Assembly: GCA_000995065.1 (NCBI GenBank)
Contig: LBWX01000002.1
Coordinates: 62,586 to 126,585 of the forward strand
From: a candidate division CPR2 bacterium GW2011_GWC2_39_35
Lineage (GTDB): Bacteria; Patescibacteriota; CPR2
DNA length: 64,000 nt
Reading direction: 5' to 3'
Position 1 is the first letter of the stretch, and every line of letters starts with the position of its first letter. Made by a program: the position numbers and the translations under genes. The notes beneath the pieces are model-generated. The model searched no databases, was not told where the DNA came from, and worked only from the letters and a program-made list of their open reading frames with translations. Shown here in pieces: positions 63,750 to 64,000 of the stretch.

Positions 63750-64000
63750 TCAATGAGTTAGAAAACATCAAAAAGGAATTAATGGCGATAAAGGCTAGAA
63801 ACGCTCGGGTTGAAGCTGATAAAGCGTGGGAAAGAAGCAAAACGCGAGTGTTTGCACTTACTTTCACAACTTACATTGTTGCTTCTATTGTCTTAAACAT
63901 TATTGGTAATGCAAATTACTTATTATCGGGGCTTATCCCTGCTATCGGATATTTTCTCTCTACCCAGTCTTTACCATTCGTAAAAGAATGGTGGTTGAAT
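63746..64000 (+). CDS. small membrane protein, 3'-truncated by the window end; a paralog of 7285..7596
   Basis: ATG at 63746 overlaps the CYTH stop as ATGA. The protein (MINELENIKKELMAIKARNARVEADKAWERSK...) carries hydrophobic segments. It is absent from the ORF track because the stop lies beyond the window. Confidence 0.5.
   Translation, partial: MINELENIKKELMAIKARNARVEADKAWERSKTRVFALTFTTYIVASIVLNIIGNANYLLSGLIPAIGYFLSTQSLPFVKEWWLN

Overview
This is a low-GC window from a bacterial chromosome that spans the replication origin. The gene content and small-gene style suggest a CPR/Patescibacteria-like organism, but that is inference only.

The core origin-region genes are read directly and are, in order: rpmH, rnpA, yidD, yidC, then dnaA, an oriC with DnaA boxes, dnaN, recF and a DciA-like DUF721 gene. 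To the left of the origin sit galU, an MraY/WecA-type transferase, a family II pyrophosphatase and a VanW-family gene. Further left is a roughly 21-kb accessory region (about 10.1-31.5 kb). At its right edge are an intact tRNA-Asn(GTT) gene on the minus strand and a large serine recombinase whose ORF runs into that tRNA.

That accessory region contains:
- a Type III restriction-modification pair (HTH-fused Mod plus Res)
- a SpoVG-like gene and a Panacea/DUF4065 plus RelE-like pair
- an OLD-family ATPase-TOPRIM nuclease and an HTH-GHKL-STAS protein
- a frameshifted RhuM-family gene, a CPBP protease and an orphan purD
- an ACP-like protein whose phosphopantetheine serine is replaced by Asn

Each of these cassettes is separated by a recurring composite intergenic repeat of 60-270 bp. 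The repeats share the same orientation. Each carries a minus-strand terminator hairpin and one or two tRNA-3'-end-like modules (TTGGCTCCCCGGATCGG...TTCGAAC).

Right of the origin lies a type IV secretion/conjugation-like cluster: an M15 peptidase, a lytic-transglycosylase-like protein, VirB4, a VirB3-like protein, a VirB6-like protein, and three paralogs sharing a VirB2/TrbC-like pilin C-terminal domain. This cluster is interrupted by a small mobile element that carries a 'four helix bundle protein' gene between terminal inverted repeats. Gene-less MITE-like derivatives of that element also flank comF. After those come Hsp20, ComF and PilB/GspE, then a block of three tRNA-Ser genes and one tRNA-Arg gene. 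The window ends with a squalene/phytoene-synthase-like gene and a CYTH gene.

Several other short repeat families are present: GTCATTGCGAG...CTCGCAATGAC hairpin elements, (AGGAAAT)4 microsatellites, and CCCTCTCC hairpins.

All calls come from reading the translations and the sequence by eye. No database search was run.
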